Shown: positions 19,159 through 29,314, counted from the first letter of the stretch. The stretch: DNA of 64,000 nucleotides from Cyanobacteria bacterium auto_48_18 (GCA_036170915.1 JAVHQC010000001.1:32001-96000), one strand, 5' to 3'. Translations and numbers: made by a program. The notes: a model not told the origin generated them from the sequence alone.

Positions 19159-20637
19159 ATGGACCTTCTTGGAAACGCCGGCATGTTGGCTAAAAATCTC
19201 ACGCCACTGCTGCTTGGTTTAACCATTTTCGTCTTTCTTTTTGACCTCTTGCGCGGGCGCACCTGGTCAACCCTTGAGCCCAACAAAGTATCTTCGCAAA
19301 TAAAGCCCCTGGCCATCACTGCCCTTAGTGGTGCCATGATGCTCTTTATTTGTTCGCTGACCGGTCTGGTTTTAGAAAATGTGGCACCATATTATCTAGG
19401 CGGCATGTTGATTACTTATGTGCTGGCAACTTTGGCGCTTAAGCCGGCCATGCGCATGATGTTGCAACTTGCTTGTGCTGTGGCTTTGACCATGTTTGTG
19501 CCCAGCGAAAATTTAGAGCTGGCCGCCGCCGCTTATTTATTTGGTGCTTTAGCTATTCGCCTGGTTTTGAATTTTCTCAAGCCTAAAGAATCGCGTCTTG
19601 ATGATATTGCTCCGCCTTTTGTCTACCTGGCAGGCGCCATGTTTGTGCGTTGCGGCGCCACCGGATCTGGCACCACTGCTCTGACGCAAATGGCCATGAT
19701 CAATAGCGCTTTTATTATTGCTACTTTGATGACGCTCATGCAAAGACCGTTTATGCGTGACGACAAAATCTTGGTCAAGCGGCTTGTGTTGACACTTTCA
19801 GCTGGCCTGGCCTACCTCGTTATGGTGACTAAAGCTGTAGGCGCACCTGAGTATGCACGCATGGCCGCACTGGTGGGTGTGGGTTATGGTATGGCTTACG
19901 CCCTTGACGCGCTGGCCATCAAAAAAGATTGTGCTACTGGCGCGGTCAAACAAATTTTGATCATCGGCATCTTTAGTTTGCTGGCCGCTAAACTTTACGG
20001 TAACCTCGGCCTTACTTGTCTGGCAGCCGGTTGTATGGTGGGAAATTTTAGTCAAATTCCCGCTGCCGCAGCTTTATATTTTGGTGCCAGGGTGTTAGAG
20101 CAAGTCTTTGCTTACACCAATGTATCTAACGTCACCGGCATTAACCTCAATCACCCTTCAGTCAGTGCCGCAGTTTATCTCGGATTGTTTTCCGCTCTTG
20201 GTCTATCGGCTCTGCTAAAAGATGTGAGCGACCGCCGCATACTGGCAGCAGCTGCTGCTATTGCCGCAGCTTTCGGCACCTGTGCCGTTAGCTATCTATT
20301 GCACAGCGAAGCGGCGGGCGGATATCTAATTAGCTTGATCATCTCAGGAGTGATGGTTTCAATCATCGGTCAAAGTTTCTTCCCTGAAGAAGAAGAAAAA
20401 GCTGTCAACCTGGCTATTGTGCCGGCTTTAGCTACATCGTGCGCTGTTGTTTCGGCTTCGCTTTTAGCAGCTGGTGTCAGTGCCACCATAGAGCAACGCT
20501 TCACCGTACTTGGGGTCATGGCTGGTGCCGCTGTGCTGGCGTTGGTGGCAGTCTATTTAAAGAATCGCGGCAGCCAGGCCAGTAACGATAAGACTAATGG
20601 CGACTCAGGGCAACCGGTAGTTGTCGCGGGAGACTAA
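19159..20637 (+). CDS. Polytopic membrane protein of unknown function
   Basis: From ATG 19159 (MDLLGNAG...) the protein is an almost uninterrupted series of hydrophobic helices. The upstream part of the called ORF overlaps the divergent gene. Confidence 0.7.
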   Translation: MDLLGNAGMLAKNLTPLLLGLTIFVFLFDLLRGRTWSTLEPNKVSSQIKPLAITALSGAMMLFICSLTGLVLENVAPYYLGGMLITYVLATLALKPAMRMMLQLACAVALTMFVPSENLELAAAAYLFGALAIRLVLNFLKPKESRLDDIAPPFVYLAGAMFVRCGATGSGTTALTQMAMINSAFIIATLMTLMQRPFMRDDKILVKRLVLTLSAGLAYLVMVTKAVGAPEYARMAALVGVGYGMAYALDALAIKKDCATGAVKQILIIGIFSLLAAKLYGNLGLTCLAAGCMVGNFSQIPAAAALYFGARVLEQVFAYTNVSNVTGINLNHPSVSAAVYLGLFSALGLSALLKDVSDRRILAAAAAIAAAFGTCAVSYLLHSEAAGGYLISLIISGVMVSIIGQSFFPEEEEKAVNLAIVPALATSCAVVSASLLAAGVSATIEQRFTVLGVMAGAAVLALVAVYLKNRGSQASNDKTNGDSGQPVVVAGD

Positions 20638-21375
20638 GTCAGACTGACCGGCTTTAGAAGAGCCGGCTTTAAAAGATTCAGCTTTAAAAGATTCGGCTTT
20701 AAAAGTGCCAGCTTTTGTCGACTGGTCTAAATAGACTTCGACCAATAAATTGCGGCCATCAAATGCCAGTTCGCGCCTCCGCAATTTTCGGCTCTGAGCT
20801 TCATTGTGCATCTGGTCGGTGCCGTAGATTGCCACCACTAAATTGTCTGGGCCACTAGATGTGGTGCAGCGAATTTGCACAGGCTGTTTGTAAGGGTTAG
20901 TCAGTTTCAGATCGGCCTGGCCATACCAGACGGTGGCATCGAGTCCAGGAGGCACTGAGCCAACACAGGTTGTGTGAGCCGCCCGTTCTTTGATCTTAAG
21001 ACCAGAGAGCAGGGCTGTCTGGTAGAGGCAAGAAGAAATTAGACAGATGCCACCACCAGCGCTGGCAACAGATTTACCGCTGACATAGCTTGGTGCGGGC
21101 ACAAAACCGCGACTGCCTGTGCGCGCGCCGACGCGGTTATTGAACGAAAAAGTCTGCCCAGGGTTAATGACGCATCCATCAAGAGACCTGGCGGCGGTGA
21201 TGAAATTGAGTCTTTGCTCACGTGAATAGTGGCTGAGCGAAACCGAGCGGTGAGCCAGTTCACTTTTAAATGGATGGTCAACCAGATAATAAGTTAGCAA
21301 AATCACTGGCAGCGTAAAAAGAGCCAGAGTCATCAGGGGGATTTTGTTTAAAATCGGCGTTTTGATCATATTCAT
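20605..21375 (-). CDS. VanW family protein
   Basis: R.LNF..AA..LDG.VI.PGQTFSFN..VG, GGGICLISSCLYQ, ER.AH and PPGLDATV..G..DLKL.NP. Confidence 0.9.
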   Translation of the reverse strand: MNMIKTPILNKIPLMTLALFTLPVILLTYYLVDHPFKSELAHRSVSLSHYSREQRLNFITAARSLDGCVINPGQTFSFNNRVGARTGSRGFVPAPSYVSGKSVASAGGGICLISSCLYQTALLSGLKIKERAAHTTCVGSVPPGLDATVWYGQADLKLTNPYKQPVQIRCTTSSGPDNLVVAIYGTDQMHNEAQSRKLRRRELAFDGRNLLVEVYLDQSTKAGTFKAESFKAESFKAGSSKAGQSDLVSRDNYRLP

Positions 21376-21399
21376 GACATTCTGGCCCTATTCACTAAC

Positions 21400-24300
21400 T
21401 TATTCAGTGACATTGAGTCTGTCCACGTTAGAGAATCCTTTGATGTTTTTGGTGTACATACCAGCCAACATAGCCGGATTCACATTGACGCGACCAGGCA
21501 ATTCCATACGCAAGAGAGTGGTGAATTCTGATTTGCCTTCTCTCAAGTTGGTTCCGAAATAAACAATCTTGTCGTCGAGCACATCCTGGTGCGTCCACCA
21601 TGGTCTGCCCCAGTCGCCATCGATAGTGGTAGAGGCTGTGTCTTCTTGTACGGCGTTAGCCTGGTCATGGCTTTCCACTACTTCAGCCCCGGAAGGCAAA
21701 GCGGCTTCAACGATTACATAAGGCAGTGCTCGTGGCGTATCTACCATTACTTTCATCAAAATCGTTTCACCGGCTTTGATTGAGCTGCCGTTTAGTGGTT
21801 CAGCCTTGAGCTTAATTACACCACTGCTGGTGTCGGCAATCGACCTGAGATGATAGAACTGGCGCTCTACTTTCATATCGTCAGGCAGGTTGGCCACACC
21901 GGTGGCTCCGGCATCTGTCAAAGTTTTGTAGTAGCTTGTAGTTACTGCCCAATACAATCTGCCTTCGCCTCCGCGTGTCAGTTTGAGATTTTCTTGGGCA
22001 ACCGGCAAGGTCATGGTCTTACCGGCAGTCAGTCTGTCGGCAGGAGTGAAAGTGAGATCACCGATGTTTTTACTTTCGCCACCACTAGCAGTAAGCAAAG
22101 CTGCCAGGGTGAAATCAGAAAGTTTGCCAGCGGTGGACAGCGAGGCTTCAGCATTAAGTTCGTCAGCCAGCAGTGCTTTGAAGACTTGAGCAGTAGCTTT
22201 GGTAGAGCCCCAGCCATGCCCACCCCGCTGCAATAGCAGCCAGGCTTTAACTCGCTCAATTTTGTTGCTGTCGTTAGGGCTTAACTCGAGCACCGCAGTC
22301 AGTGCCAGAGCCGTAGTCTCTTCAGGAGTGAAGCGGTACGAATAAACCCACTGTTTTTGACCGAGCTTGGCGGCCATAGCCTTGGTGTGGTCCCAGTCGA
22401 TAGTGGTATCAGTAGTATTGGCAATCACCATTAAGCGATTGAAAACACGCTGAGCAGCATCATCTTTGTGGGCCAGCTTAAGGGCACGACACAAGTAGCT
22501 CAATGCTTCCGGCCCAAGAACGCTTTGATTTTTCTCCAGGTACGCAACGGCAGCTTCATGCTCTTTTGGCAGCTTCTGTTGCCAGAGAGCCTGGGTGTAG
22601 ACCATATAAGCGAGATCGGTGCGACCCTCATTATCAAACCAGTCGTTGAGCATGTGTTTAGGATCGCTTAGTTGGCCGGTGAGACTTTTCACAGCATTGG
22701 TCTGCCATGAAAGACCTTTTTTCACCATCTCATCGCTAACCGGATAGCCCACACCTTTGACCAGTTTAAGACCATCCAAGACCAGGGCGGTCAAATAAGG
22801 ATTAGTCTGGTCGCCTGCCCACCAGCCCCATCCACCGTCAGATTGCTGATACTCATTGAGTTTGGCAATGCCGATTTTATAAACTTTGGCAAATTTGGTC
22901 TGGTCAGTGGCACTGAGTGGTGCACTGAGCTTTTTGTTCAATTCGATTGCCACTACAGACGGCATCAAGCGCGACATTGTCTGCTCAGTGCATCCGTAGG
23001 GGTAATCAATTAAATCGGCAAAATTGTTCAGTACCGCGCCGATTGTAGAAGACGACAGATTGAGCGAGCGGCTCGCAGTGCCCGCCGCAGCGTCGGTAAT
23101 GGCAGGAAGAGTGAGGTCGGCCACACTTTCATCTTTGAGCAAACCTGATTGAACAACGGTGACAGGAATACCGAGAGCGTTCACCGCTATTTCTCTTTCT
23201 AATGCGTCAGCAGCTGTCTGACCTTTTGCCACCAGTTTAATTTTGGCTTTACCGAGTTGCTTAGCGCTAATGGGCCAGTCAAAGCGAGCAGCTTTTTCAG
23301 GTTCGATGGTGAGCATCTGTTTCAGTGGTGTTTCAGTGCTCAGCTGGTCACCCATGGTCAAGTTGAGGTCAACTTTTTGTGACTGATTAGTGTAGTTGTG
23401 CACCACTGCCGACACCATACCCTGGTCGCCCAGGCTGAAGAAGCGGGGCAGTGCCAATCTGGCAATAATGTCTTGAGTGACCATTACTTTTTCGATGGTG
23501 GCGCCCACATTAGTTTTCATATCGATACCGCGCAAAGTGGCACGCCAGGTGGTGAGGTTATCTGGCAATTTGACAATTGCTTTGGCCTCGCCTTTTTCAT
23601 TGGTGAGCAGTTCAGGCACCCATGCGGCGGTATCGCGGAAGTCTTTTCTCACTTTGGGCTCTAACTTGTCTGGGCCGCCGGAATATTGTTCAGGGAATGA
23701 ACATACGGTGGTGACCCAGTTAGGCAGCCGCTGGTAGAAGAATTTTTTGATGTCTGCGGCGGTTTCAGCGCGAATAGAATAAATGCTTTCGTCTACCACA
23801 CCAAGCGAAAGTTCAACGTCTTTCACCGGTTTACCCAGCTGATTAACAGCCTTGATGGTATAGGTAGCATTCTCGCCCGGTTTATATTTTTCTTTGTCAG
23901 AAGCAATGGTCAAGTTGAGGAAATGGCTCTCTGGGCTGACCATCACCACTTGTTCTTGATTGTAGAACTGTTTATTTTTCGCCACCAGTGAAACGGTAAC
24001 GTAGAAGTTCGGTGTGTAAGCATCTGTCACTGGAATTTCTATCAACTGCGCAGCAGAAGTTAGAGGCACGGTTTTAAAGCTGTGCAATTTGGTGCCTTCG
24101 ATGCTGACAATGGCTTCCGCTCCATCAGTGCCGGTGAATGGACCGGTAATAATGAGCTTAGCTTTGTCGCCTGGTTTATAAACACGCTTGTCGAGTTTTA
24201 GTTTAAGCGGTTCTTTTTTTGCGTCTGAGGCCGCCAGCATAAATGGCCTGCTTCCACTGGCCACCCATATAGAGCTCGCATCTTGCACTTTGTGGCCGCC

Positions 24301-26448
24301 TTTATCTACGGCTTGAGCAATGATGTAATAGCTGTCTGAAGCCCATTTAGACTTTGTCTCTAAATCAAGATGCACGTCACCTTTTTCATTGGTGGTGGCA
24401 GTTTTTTCTTCAAGGGTTTCGGCGGGGCGATATTCATATTTAAAGCGGTCATAGGGATACCGCATCAATTTCACAGAAAGCGCTGTGCTGACAGGTTTTC
24501 CTTGATAGTCGACGGCCTTAATATCGACGCCCATGGTCTGGCCTGTGGTGACAACATAATTTGTTGGTGTCACTGCTAGCAAAAAGTCGCCGGCGGTTTC
24601 AGTGAGCGAGCCGCTGCCCACAACCGATAGCCTGCTGATGTCAGTGACTTCAGCTTCGACTTTGAGTTTTTTGTCGGCGTATTCGCTGCCGGGAGGGCCA
24701 GCAGTAACTCCTGGAGCTGTGGTGTCAAATTCTACAATCGCTTCGCCATTAGCATCGGTAACGGCGAAACCTTCCGCGCTGAAATCACCGGCGCCTTCAT
24801 AATAGTCGGCGTCATACCAGTCGTCGAAGAAGCTAAAGTATTCTGGTCTATCGGTTAAACGCCAGCGTGTATTCCAGTCGGTTGATGAATAGACGTTATA
24901 TTTCACTCTGGCATTGGCCACAGGCCCGCCGAAGAAATAAGTGGCTCGTACTCTGGCTTTGCCTTTCTCGCCAGCAATGACGCGCTCGGTAATGGGCAAT
25001 ACTTCGACTTGATATTCGGGTTTGCGATATTGCGCAATTTCAAAGCCTTGATAGCTGGTGGTGCCATCAGCATATTTGACTTGCACCTGATAGCCGCCGG
25101 TTTTGCCATCGGCCGGTACTTCAACCAGGCCATGGAAAGTGCCATGAGCATTGGTTTTTACTTTGAAACTCTTGAGCTGATTATTGTCTGGATCTTCAAT
25201 TGAAATATCTAGTTCTTCATTGGCACCAGGATTGTTGATACCATTTTCATCAACTGCACGGCACATGCCTTTGAAATAAACTGTCTGCCCGAGGCGGTAA
25301 ACAGGTCTGTCGGTATAGAAATAAGTTTTGTGCGTGTCGCTGTCAGAGCGATAATAGCTAAAGCCGCTATATGCCTTGTTTGCGCCCATGGTGCCAAGTA
25401 GCACCAGATCATAGCTGAGGCGATCGCGAACATCTTTTGCCAGCACCAAACTGGCCATGCCATCAGCACCGGTTGTGGCATTGATTTTGCTATTAAGATC
25501 TATTTCTCCGTTGCTTCTTTGATAAATATTGAGATCAACGCCGGGCATTCCTTTTAGTGTATTTAAATTGACTGCCTTCACGAGCGTTTTATCTGGTGCG
25601 TGCTTGATGATTAAGCCCACGTCGCTGATTGAAAACCAGGTGAGAGCTTTAGCTGTGCTGCGACCAAACATATCTGTGACGCGGGCTACGGCAAAATAAT
25701 CACCTGCCGGCAGTGGTCCATCCATTTTGAATTGAGCTGAAGACGAATCACTGTCGTCCATGGTCAAGTCGCGTTTAAAGCTGTGTACAGGCTTGTCGTG
25801 TTCAAATGGGCTGACAAATTTTTTCGACGAATCAACATAAATGCTGAAGTCTGATGAAAGCGACATGCCGGTTGTTTTTGACTGTTTCATCAAGCTAAGA
25901 AAATCTTTTTTGTAGATTTTCACATCAGCGCTAACTGCACCAGTGGCGTTGATCCAAAAATGTGGTGCCTCTTTGGTGGTGAAAACTCTGGTGTTGGATG
26001 CGATGTTGACGGTGGGATTGAGCAAAGACAATTCCACTGTTTTGGGAAGAGTCTGAGGTGGCCCCTGGGCCACGAATAAATTGTTGACGATGGCGGTAGA
26101 AAATCCGGGAGCACGGGCGCGCAAACTATATTCGCCCACCGGCAATTGTTCAATTTTAAAAGTGCCGTCTTTGTTCACCCAGGCGCCTCTTTCCACTGAT
26201 GGACCTGAGCGCGGGCCGTTGACAAGTACAAAAACTTTATTCTGTTTCAGATCGTAAGTCTTGAGGTTAAAGCCTTTTTCTTCGAGAGCAATTTGCCCTG
26301 AAATCGAGCCCATAGGTTTGTCGAGCATCACAGCCGCCATGGCCAAAATCACTACCTGCAAACCGACAAATATCCAGGTGGCCAGCGGTGTGCGCCTGCC
26401 CTGGTTCTGCGATGAGAATTGCAAAGACCTGATTTCACCTGAAGACAT
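21400..26448 (-). CDS. Bacterial alpha-2-macroglobulin (MG2-domain) protein with an intact thioester motif
   Basis: 1682 aa. YTDRPVYRLGQTV, VRKDFRDTAAW, LPDNLTTWR, YPYGCTEQ (CxEQ at 22981-22992), QQSDGGWGWW and WGSTKAT. N-terminal TM anchor. Confidence 0.93.
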   Translation of the reverse strand: MSSGEIRSLQFSSQNQGRRTPLATWIFVGLQVVILAMAAVMLDKPMGSISGQIALEEKGFNLKTYDLKQNKVFVLVNGPRSGPSVERGAWVNKDGTFKIEQLPVGEYSLRARAPGFSTAIVNNLFVAQGPPQTLPKTVELSLLNPTVNIASNTRVFTTKEAPHFWINATGAVSADVKIYKKDFLSLMKQSKTTGMSLSSDFSIYVDSSKKFVSPFEHDKPVHSFKRDLTMDDSDSSSAQFKMDGPLPAGDYFAVARVTDMFGRSTAKALTWFSISDVGLIIKHAPDKTLVKAVNLNTLKGMPGVDLNIYQRSNGEIDLNSKINATTGADGMASLVLAKDVRDRLSYDLVLLGTMGANKAYSGFSYYRSDSDTHKTYFYTDRPVYRLGQTVYFKGMCRAVDENGINNPGANEELDISIEDPDNNQLKSFKVKTNAHGTFHGLVEVPADGKTGGYQVQVKYADGTTSYQGFEIAQYRKPEYQVEVLPITERVIAGEKGKARVRATYFFGGPVANARVKYNVYSSTDWNTRWRLTDRPEYFSFFDDWYDADYYEGAGDFSAEGFAVTDANGEAIVEFDTTAPGVTAGPPGSEYADKKLKVEAEVTDISRLSVVGSGSLTETAGDFLLAVTPTNYVVTTGQTMGVDIKAVDYQGKPVSTALSVKLMRYPYDRFKYEYRPAETLEEKTATTNEKGDVHLDLETKSKWASDSYYIIAQAVDKGGHKVQDASSIWVASGSRPFMLAASDAKKEPLKLKLDKRVYKPGDKAKLIITGPFTGTDGAEAIVSIEGTKLHSFKTVPLTSAAQLIEIPVTDAYTPNFYVTVSLVAKNKQFYNQEQVVMVSPESHFLNLTIASDKEKYKPGENATYTIKAVNQLGKPVKDVELSLGVVDESIYSIRAETAADIKKFFYQRLPNWVTTVCSFPEQYSGGPDKLEPKVRKDFRDTAAWVPELLTNEKGEAKAIVKLPDNLTTWRATLRGIDMKTNVGATIEKVMVTQDIIARLALPRFFSLGDQGMVSAVVHNYTNQSQKVDLNLTMGDQLSTETPLKQMLTIEPEKAARFDWPISAKQLGKAKIKLVAKGQTAADALEREIAVNALGIPVTVVQSGLLKDESVADLTLPAITDAAAGTASRSLNLSSSTIGAVLNNFADLIDYPYGCTEQTMSRLMPSVVAIELNKKLSAPLSATDQTKFAKVYKIGIAKLNEYQQSDGGWGWWAGDQTNPYLTALVLDGLKLVKGVGYPVSDEMVKKGLSWQTNAVKSLTGQLSDPKHMLNDWFDNEGRTDLAYMVYTQALWQQKLPKEHEAAVAYLEKNQSVLGPEALSYLCRALKLAHKDDAAQRVFNRLMVIANTTDTTIDWDHTKAMAAKLGQKQWVYSYRFTPEETTALALTAVLELSPNDSNKIERVKAWLLLQRGGHGWGSTKATAQVFKALLADELNAEASLSTAGKLSDFTLAALLTASGGESKNIGDLTFTPADRLTAGKTMTLPVAQENLKLTRGGEGRLYWAVTTSYYKTLTDAGATGVANLPDDMKVERQFYHLRSIADTSSGVIKLKAEPLNGSSIKAGETILMKVMVDTPRALPYVIVEAALPSGAEVVESHDQANAVQEDTASTTIDGDWGRPWWTHQDVLDDKIVYFGTNLREGKSEFTTLLRMELPGRVNVNPAMLAGMYTKNIKGFSNVDRLNVTE

Positions 26449-27031
26449 GGGCTTTTATCCTATACATCTGGCACTGTTCAGTTGGGGTTATACCAGCTTT
26501 GACTTTGCACTGCATCACTTGATAATGGGCGTCGCTGGCCTCGCCAGGTAGCAGCACCGCAGCCTTTCCGCCACTTCTGACCATGAGCCCGTCGAGCATG
26601 GGGTGCAAACTGACGTTGCGCTCCACTGGTTCTATTTGGTCAATGACGGTCACCTGCGTTTTCAACTCGGGTAATTCTTGTTTCTTAATTGGTGGGAATC
26701 GATACTCTTTGGTTAACGCGTTCTCAGTAGTAAAAATGGTGGCCGCCACCAAATTTCTTTCAGTGCCGCTAATCTGCCCCCAACAGGCGCGGGTTTTGCC
26801 ATGTTTGCTCAGTGTCACGAACAATCCTTTTGAATGCATATAAGAAGGATGGATATTTTTGCTCATAGCCTCCACAAGATTGCTCATACTTTTAGGATGG
26901 TCGCTGAAGTGATTGGCTACGGTGGTTTTTGCCACTTCCACCAGGGTGAGCGTTTTTTCGCTTTTCCCCAGCGCCGCAGCATTGAGACCCGCTGCCAGAG
27001 TAAGCGTCAATAAAAAAAGGCGTTGATGCAC
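26435..27031 (-). CDS. AMMECR1-domain (AmmeMemoRadiSam protein A-like) protein with a signal peptide
   Basis: GLFVTLSKHGKTRACWG (cf. LRGCIG), EYRFPPI...EL..L, DGLMVRSGGK.AVLLP and KAGI. Hydrophobic leader MHQRLFLLTLTLAAGLNAAALG. Stop overlaps the A2M start. Confidence 0.8.
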   Translation of the reverse strand: MHQRLFLLTLTLAAGLNAAALGKSEKTLTLVEVAKTTVANHFSDHPKSMSNLVEAMSKNIHPSYMHSKGLFVTLSKHGKTRACWGQISGTERNLVAATIFTTENALTKEYRFPPIKKQELPELKTQVTVIDQIEPVERNVSLHPMLDGLMVRSGGKAAVLLPGEASDAHYQVMQCKVKAGITPTEQCQMYRIKAHVFR

Positions 27032-27179
27032 GCGTACCAGACCTCGTGAGGTGTACCGCTTTCTTATACTTCACCTATTATCGACCGTTGCTTCCAAATC
27101 GTCGCCCATGATGTGTCAGAATTGCATGAGCTAGAGGTCAAATGGTTGTCAACTGCGTGTAAGTTGAGACTGAAAAATC

Positions 27180-28094
27180 ATGCCTGATATTGATAGACGT
27201 GGATTCATTCGCTCGCTGTTTGGTATTACCGGCGCGCTGCCGGTCGCCCAGCAAATGGCACACGCTCGCACCCAGGTTTCGTTTTTCTGGTGCAATCTAA
27301 ACAACGGTCAGGTAGGCTTTCCTACTGGTTTAGTAGTTCCAAAAGAACGCCCGGGCTCAATCATGAAGCTCGTTGCCGCCGCGGCCTTGATTGACGAAGG
27401 TTTGTACTCTGGCAATGAAAAATATGAATGCACAGGCACATATACAGTGGGAAAAGAAGCGGTGCATTGTCAAAATGCCCACGGGAGAATTGATTTAACC
27501 CAGGCGATTGGAAAATCTTGCAATATATTTTTCGCTCAGGCGACCAAACATTTAACTGCTCGTGGTTTTTTAGATAAGGCCAAGCAGTTTGCTCTCGATA
27601 AACCTTGTGCAGGTACGCCTTCTGGAGCATTTCCGGCTGAACCAACGCAGACGGCTTCGCTGCATTACGTGCTGGGCCTGGCACCAGATTTAACACCATC
27701 AGCATTGCAGTTGATGCGCCTGGCTGCTCTTGTTGGTATCGCCCCTGGTGCCACGCTTGCCCCTTTGCACTCGGCTGAAAATTTAGATATGAAAGCAAAA
27801 GAACCGCTTTTTACCTCACCACTTACGGCGCAGTCGCATAAAGTTCTGGCAGAGGGCATGCGCCTTTCGGCTACATCTGGAACAGCAAAGAAAATAGATG
27901 TGGACGACAAGCTCAAGGTGGCAGCTAAGACCGGCACCACCCCACATGGTAATAAATTTCAATCTTATGTAGTTGGTTATTTTCCTTACGATAAACCAGC
28001 TCACGCATTTGTGCTTTTCGCGCCTTCAGGCACTTCGCAAGATTCAGCGGTGCCTAAAGCGCGAGATTTTCTTATGTCGACTACCTGGCCTTAG
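27180..28094 (+). CDS. Stand-alone penicillin-binding transpeptidase domain protein with a Tat-like leader
   Basis: PGSIMK (SxxK), SCN (SxN) and KTGT motifs. N-terminal IDRRGFIRSL twin-arginine signal. No dimerisation domain. Confidence 0.85.
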   Translation: MPDIDRRGFIRSLFGITGALPVAQQMAHARTQVSFFWCNLNNGQVGFPTGLVVPKERPGSIMKLVAAAALIDEGLYSGNEKYECTGTYTVGKEAVHCQNAHGRIDLTQAIGKSCNIFFAQATKHLTARGFLDKAKQFALDKPCAGTPSGAFPAEPTQTASLHYVLGLAPDLTPSALQLMRLAALVGIAPGATLAPLHSAENLDMKAKEPLFTSPLTAQSHKVLAEGMRLSATSGTAKKIDVDDKLKVAAKTGTTPHGNKFQSYVVGYFPYDKPAHAFVLFAPSGTSQDSAVPKARDFLMSTTWP

Positions 28095-28098
28095 TTTC

Positions 28099-29232
28099 GT
28101 GGAAGTATGGCGTTCTAGCAGATGGCCTTGTTTAGCTTTTCTTTTTGTGGCAATCACCTTGCGTTCGCCTGCCGCTGAAGCCTTGCCTGCTGAAGTGCAT
28201 GTTAATTTATTTCAGGCTAATCACGAGCTCTCTAGACTAGCTATTGACGGACCTCACAGTTTTGACTCTGTACACGGAAACCATAGCGAGCTTTTTGTCA
28301 ACCGAAACAGCGTGGCATCAAAAGACCGGCAGGGCTTGCGCGTCTATGGCGGTCGCTGCGTGATTCGCCCAGATGGTGGGCCTCTGCTTTTATCTGACGG
28401 CAACAAAAAACGACATTATCGTGGACGCTTTGTTATCACAGTTGATCGCGGTAAATTGCGCGTGGTCAATATTGTGGACAGCAAGTCTTATATTACCAGT
28501 GTTGTTGGTAGTGAGAGCCTGCCTGATTTTCCACTAGAAGCGTTGAAGGCGCAGGCAGTTTTAGCTTCTACTGTTCTGGCAAAACATGCTGGTGTTGTTG
28601 GTGATACCACAGAAATTCAAGCTTACCTTGGCAGCGAGTACGAGCGCCCTCTGGCAAAACAAGCAACCGATGCGGTGTTTGGCCAAGAACTCAAGAACAA
28701 GAGCGGATTTACTGCCACCGTCTATTATTCGTCGACATGCGCTGGTGGTACTAGCGATGCTCGCGAGATATTTTCTGGAAAGAAGCAAAAAGATGCCAGG
28801 GTAAATCAGGTTACCTGTAATTTCTGCAAAAGTTCACCTTTTTTCAAAAGCCATGAGGTTACTTTGCCTGTGGCTACCGTAAAAGAAAAATTGGGCTATT
28901 TGCCCATTTCTATTGAAAGTTATGATGCGCAGAAGCGCCCACTGCAAGTTAAAGTGCAACGCGCTGACGGACGCAGTTTTCAAATTTCTGGCTACGACGT
29001 CTGGCTGCGAATTGGCCAAAGGCTTGGATGGGATGTCGCACCTGGCATGCGATATAACTTTGCAATCGACAAGCAAAATCAAAATTTTGTTTTGCGCTCA
29101 ACCGGCGCCGGTCACGGAGCAGGTCTTTGCCAGTGGGGTGCTGCAGCAATGGCCCTGAGCGGAAAAACCTACAGAGAAATCCTGAAGTATTATTTCCCTG
29201 ATTGTAGTTGTACGTTAGCGACCGATAAATGA
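28099..29232 (+). CDS. SpoIID/LytB domain lytic transglycosylase-like protein
   Basis: YRG...VN.V....YITSVVGSE, EALKAQAV, DTT..QAYLG, YSSTCAG, G.GHGAGLCQWGA and YREILKYYFP. Likely start GTG 28099 after the upstream stop. Confidence 0.9.
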   Translation: MEVWRSSRWPCLAFLFVAITLRSPAAEALPAEVHVNLFQANHELSRLAIDGPHSFDSVHGNHSELFVNRNSVASKDRQGLRVYGGRCVIRPDGGPLLLSDGNKKRHYRGRFVITVDRGKLRVVNIVDSKSYITSVVGSESLPDFPLEALKAQAVLASTVLAKHAGVVGDTTEIQAYLGSEYERPLAKQATDAVFGQELKNKSGFTATVYYSSTCAGGTSDAREIFSGKKQKDARVNQVTCNFCKSSPFFKSHEVTLPVATVKEKLGYLPISIESYDAQKRPLQVKVQRADGRSFQISGYDVWLRIGQRLGWDVAPGMRYNFAIDKQNQNFVLRSTGAGHGAGLCQWGAAAMALSGKTYREILKYYFPDCSCTLATDK

Positions 29233-29314
29233 GCTGGCCTAATCTGCAAGATGGGTTGGCCTGATGGGTCGGCCTGGTGGGTATATGAGTGTTGGATTAG
29301 TGTAAGGACAATTA

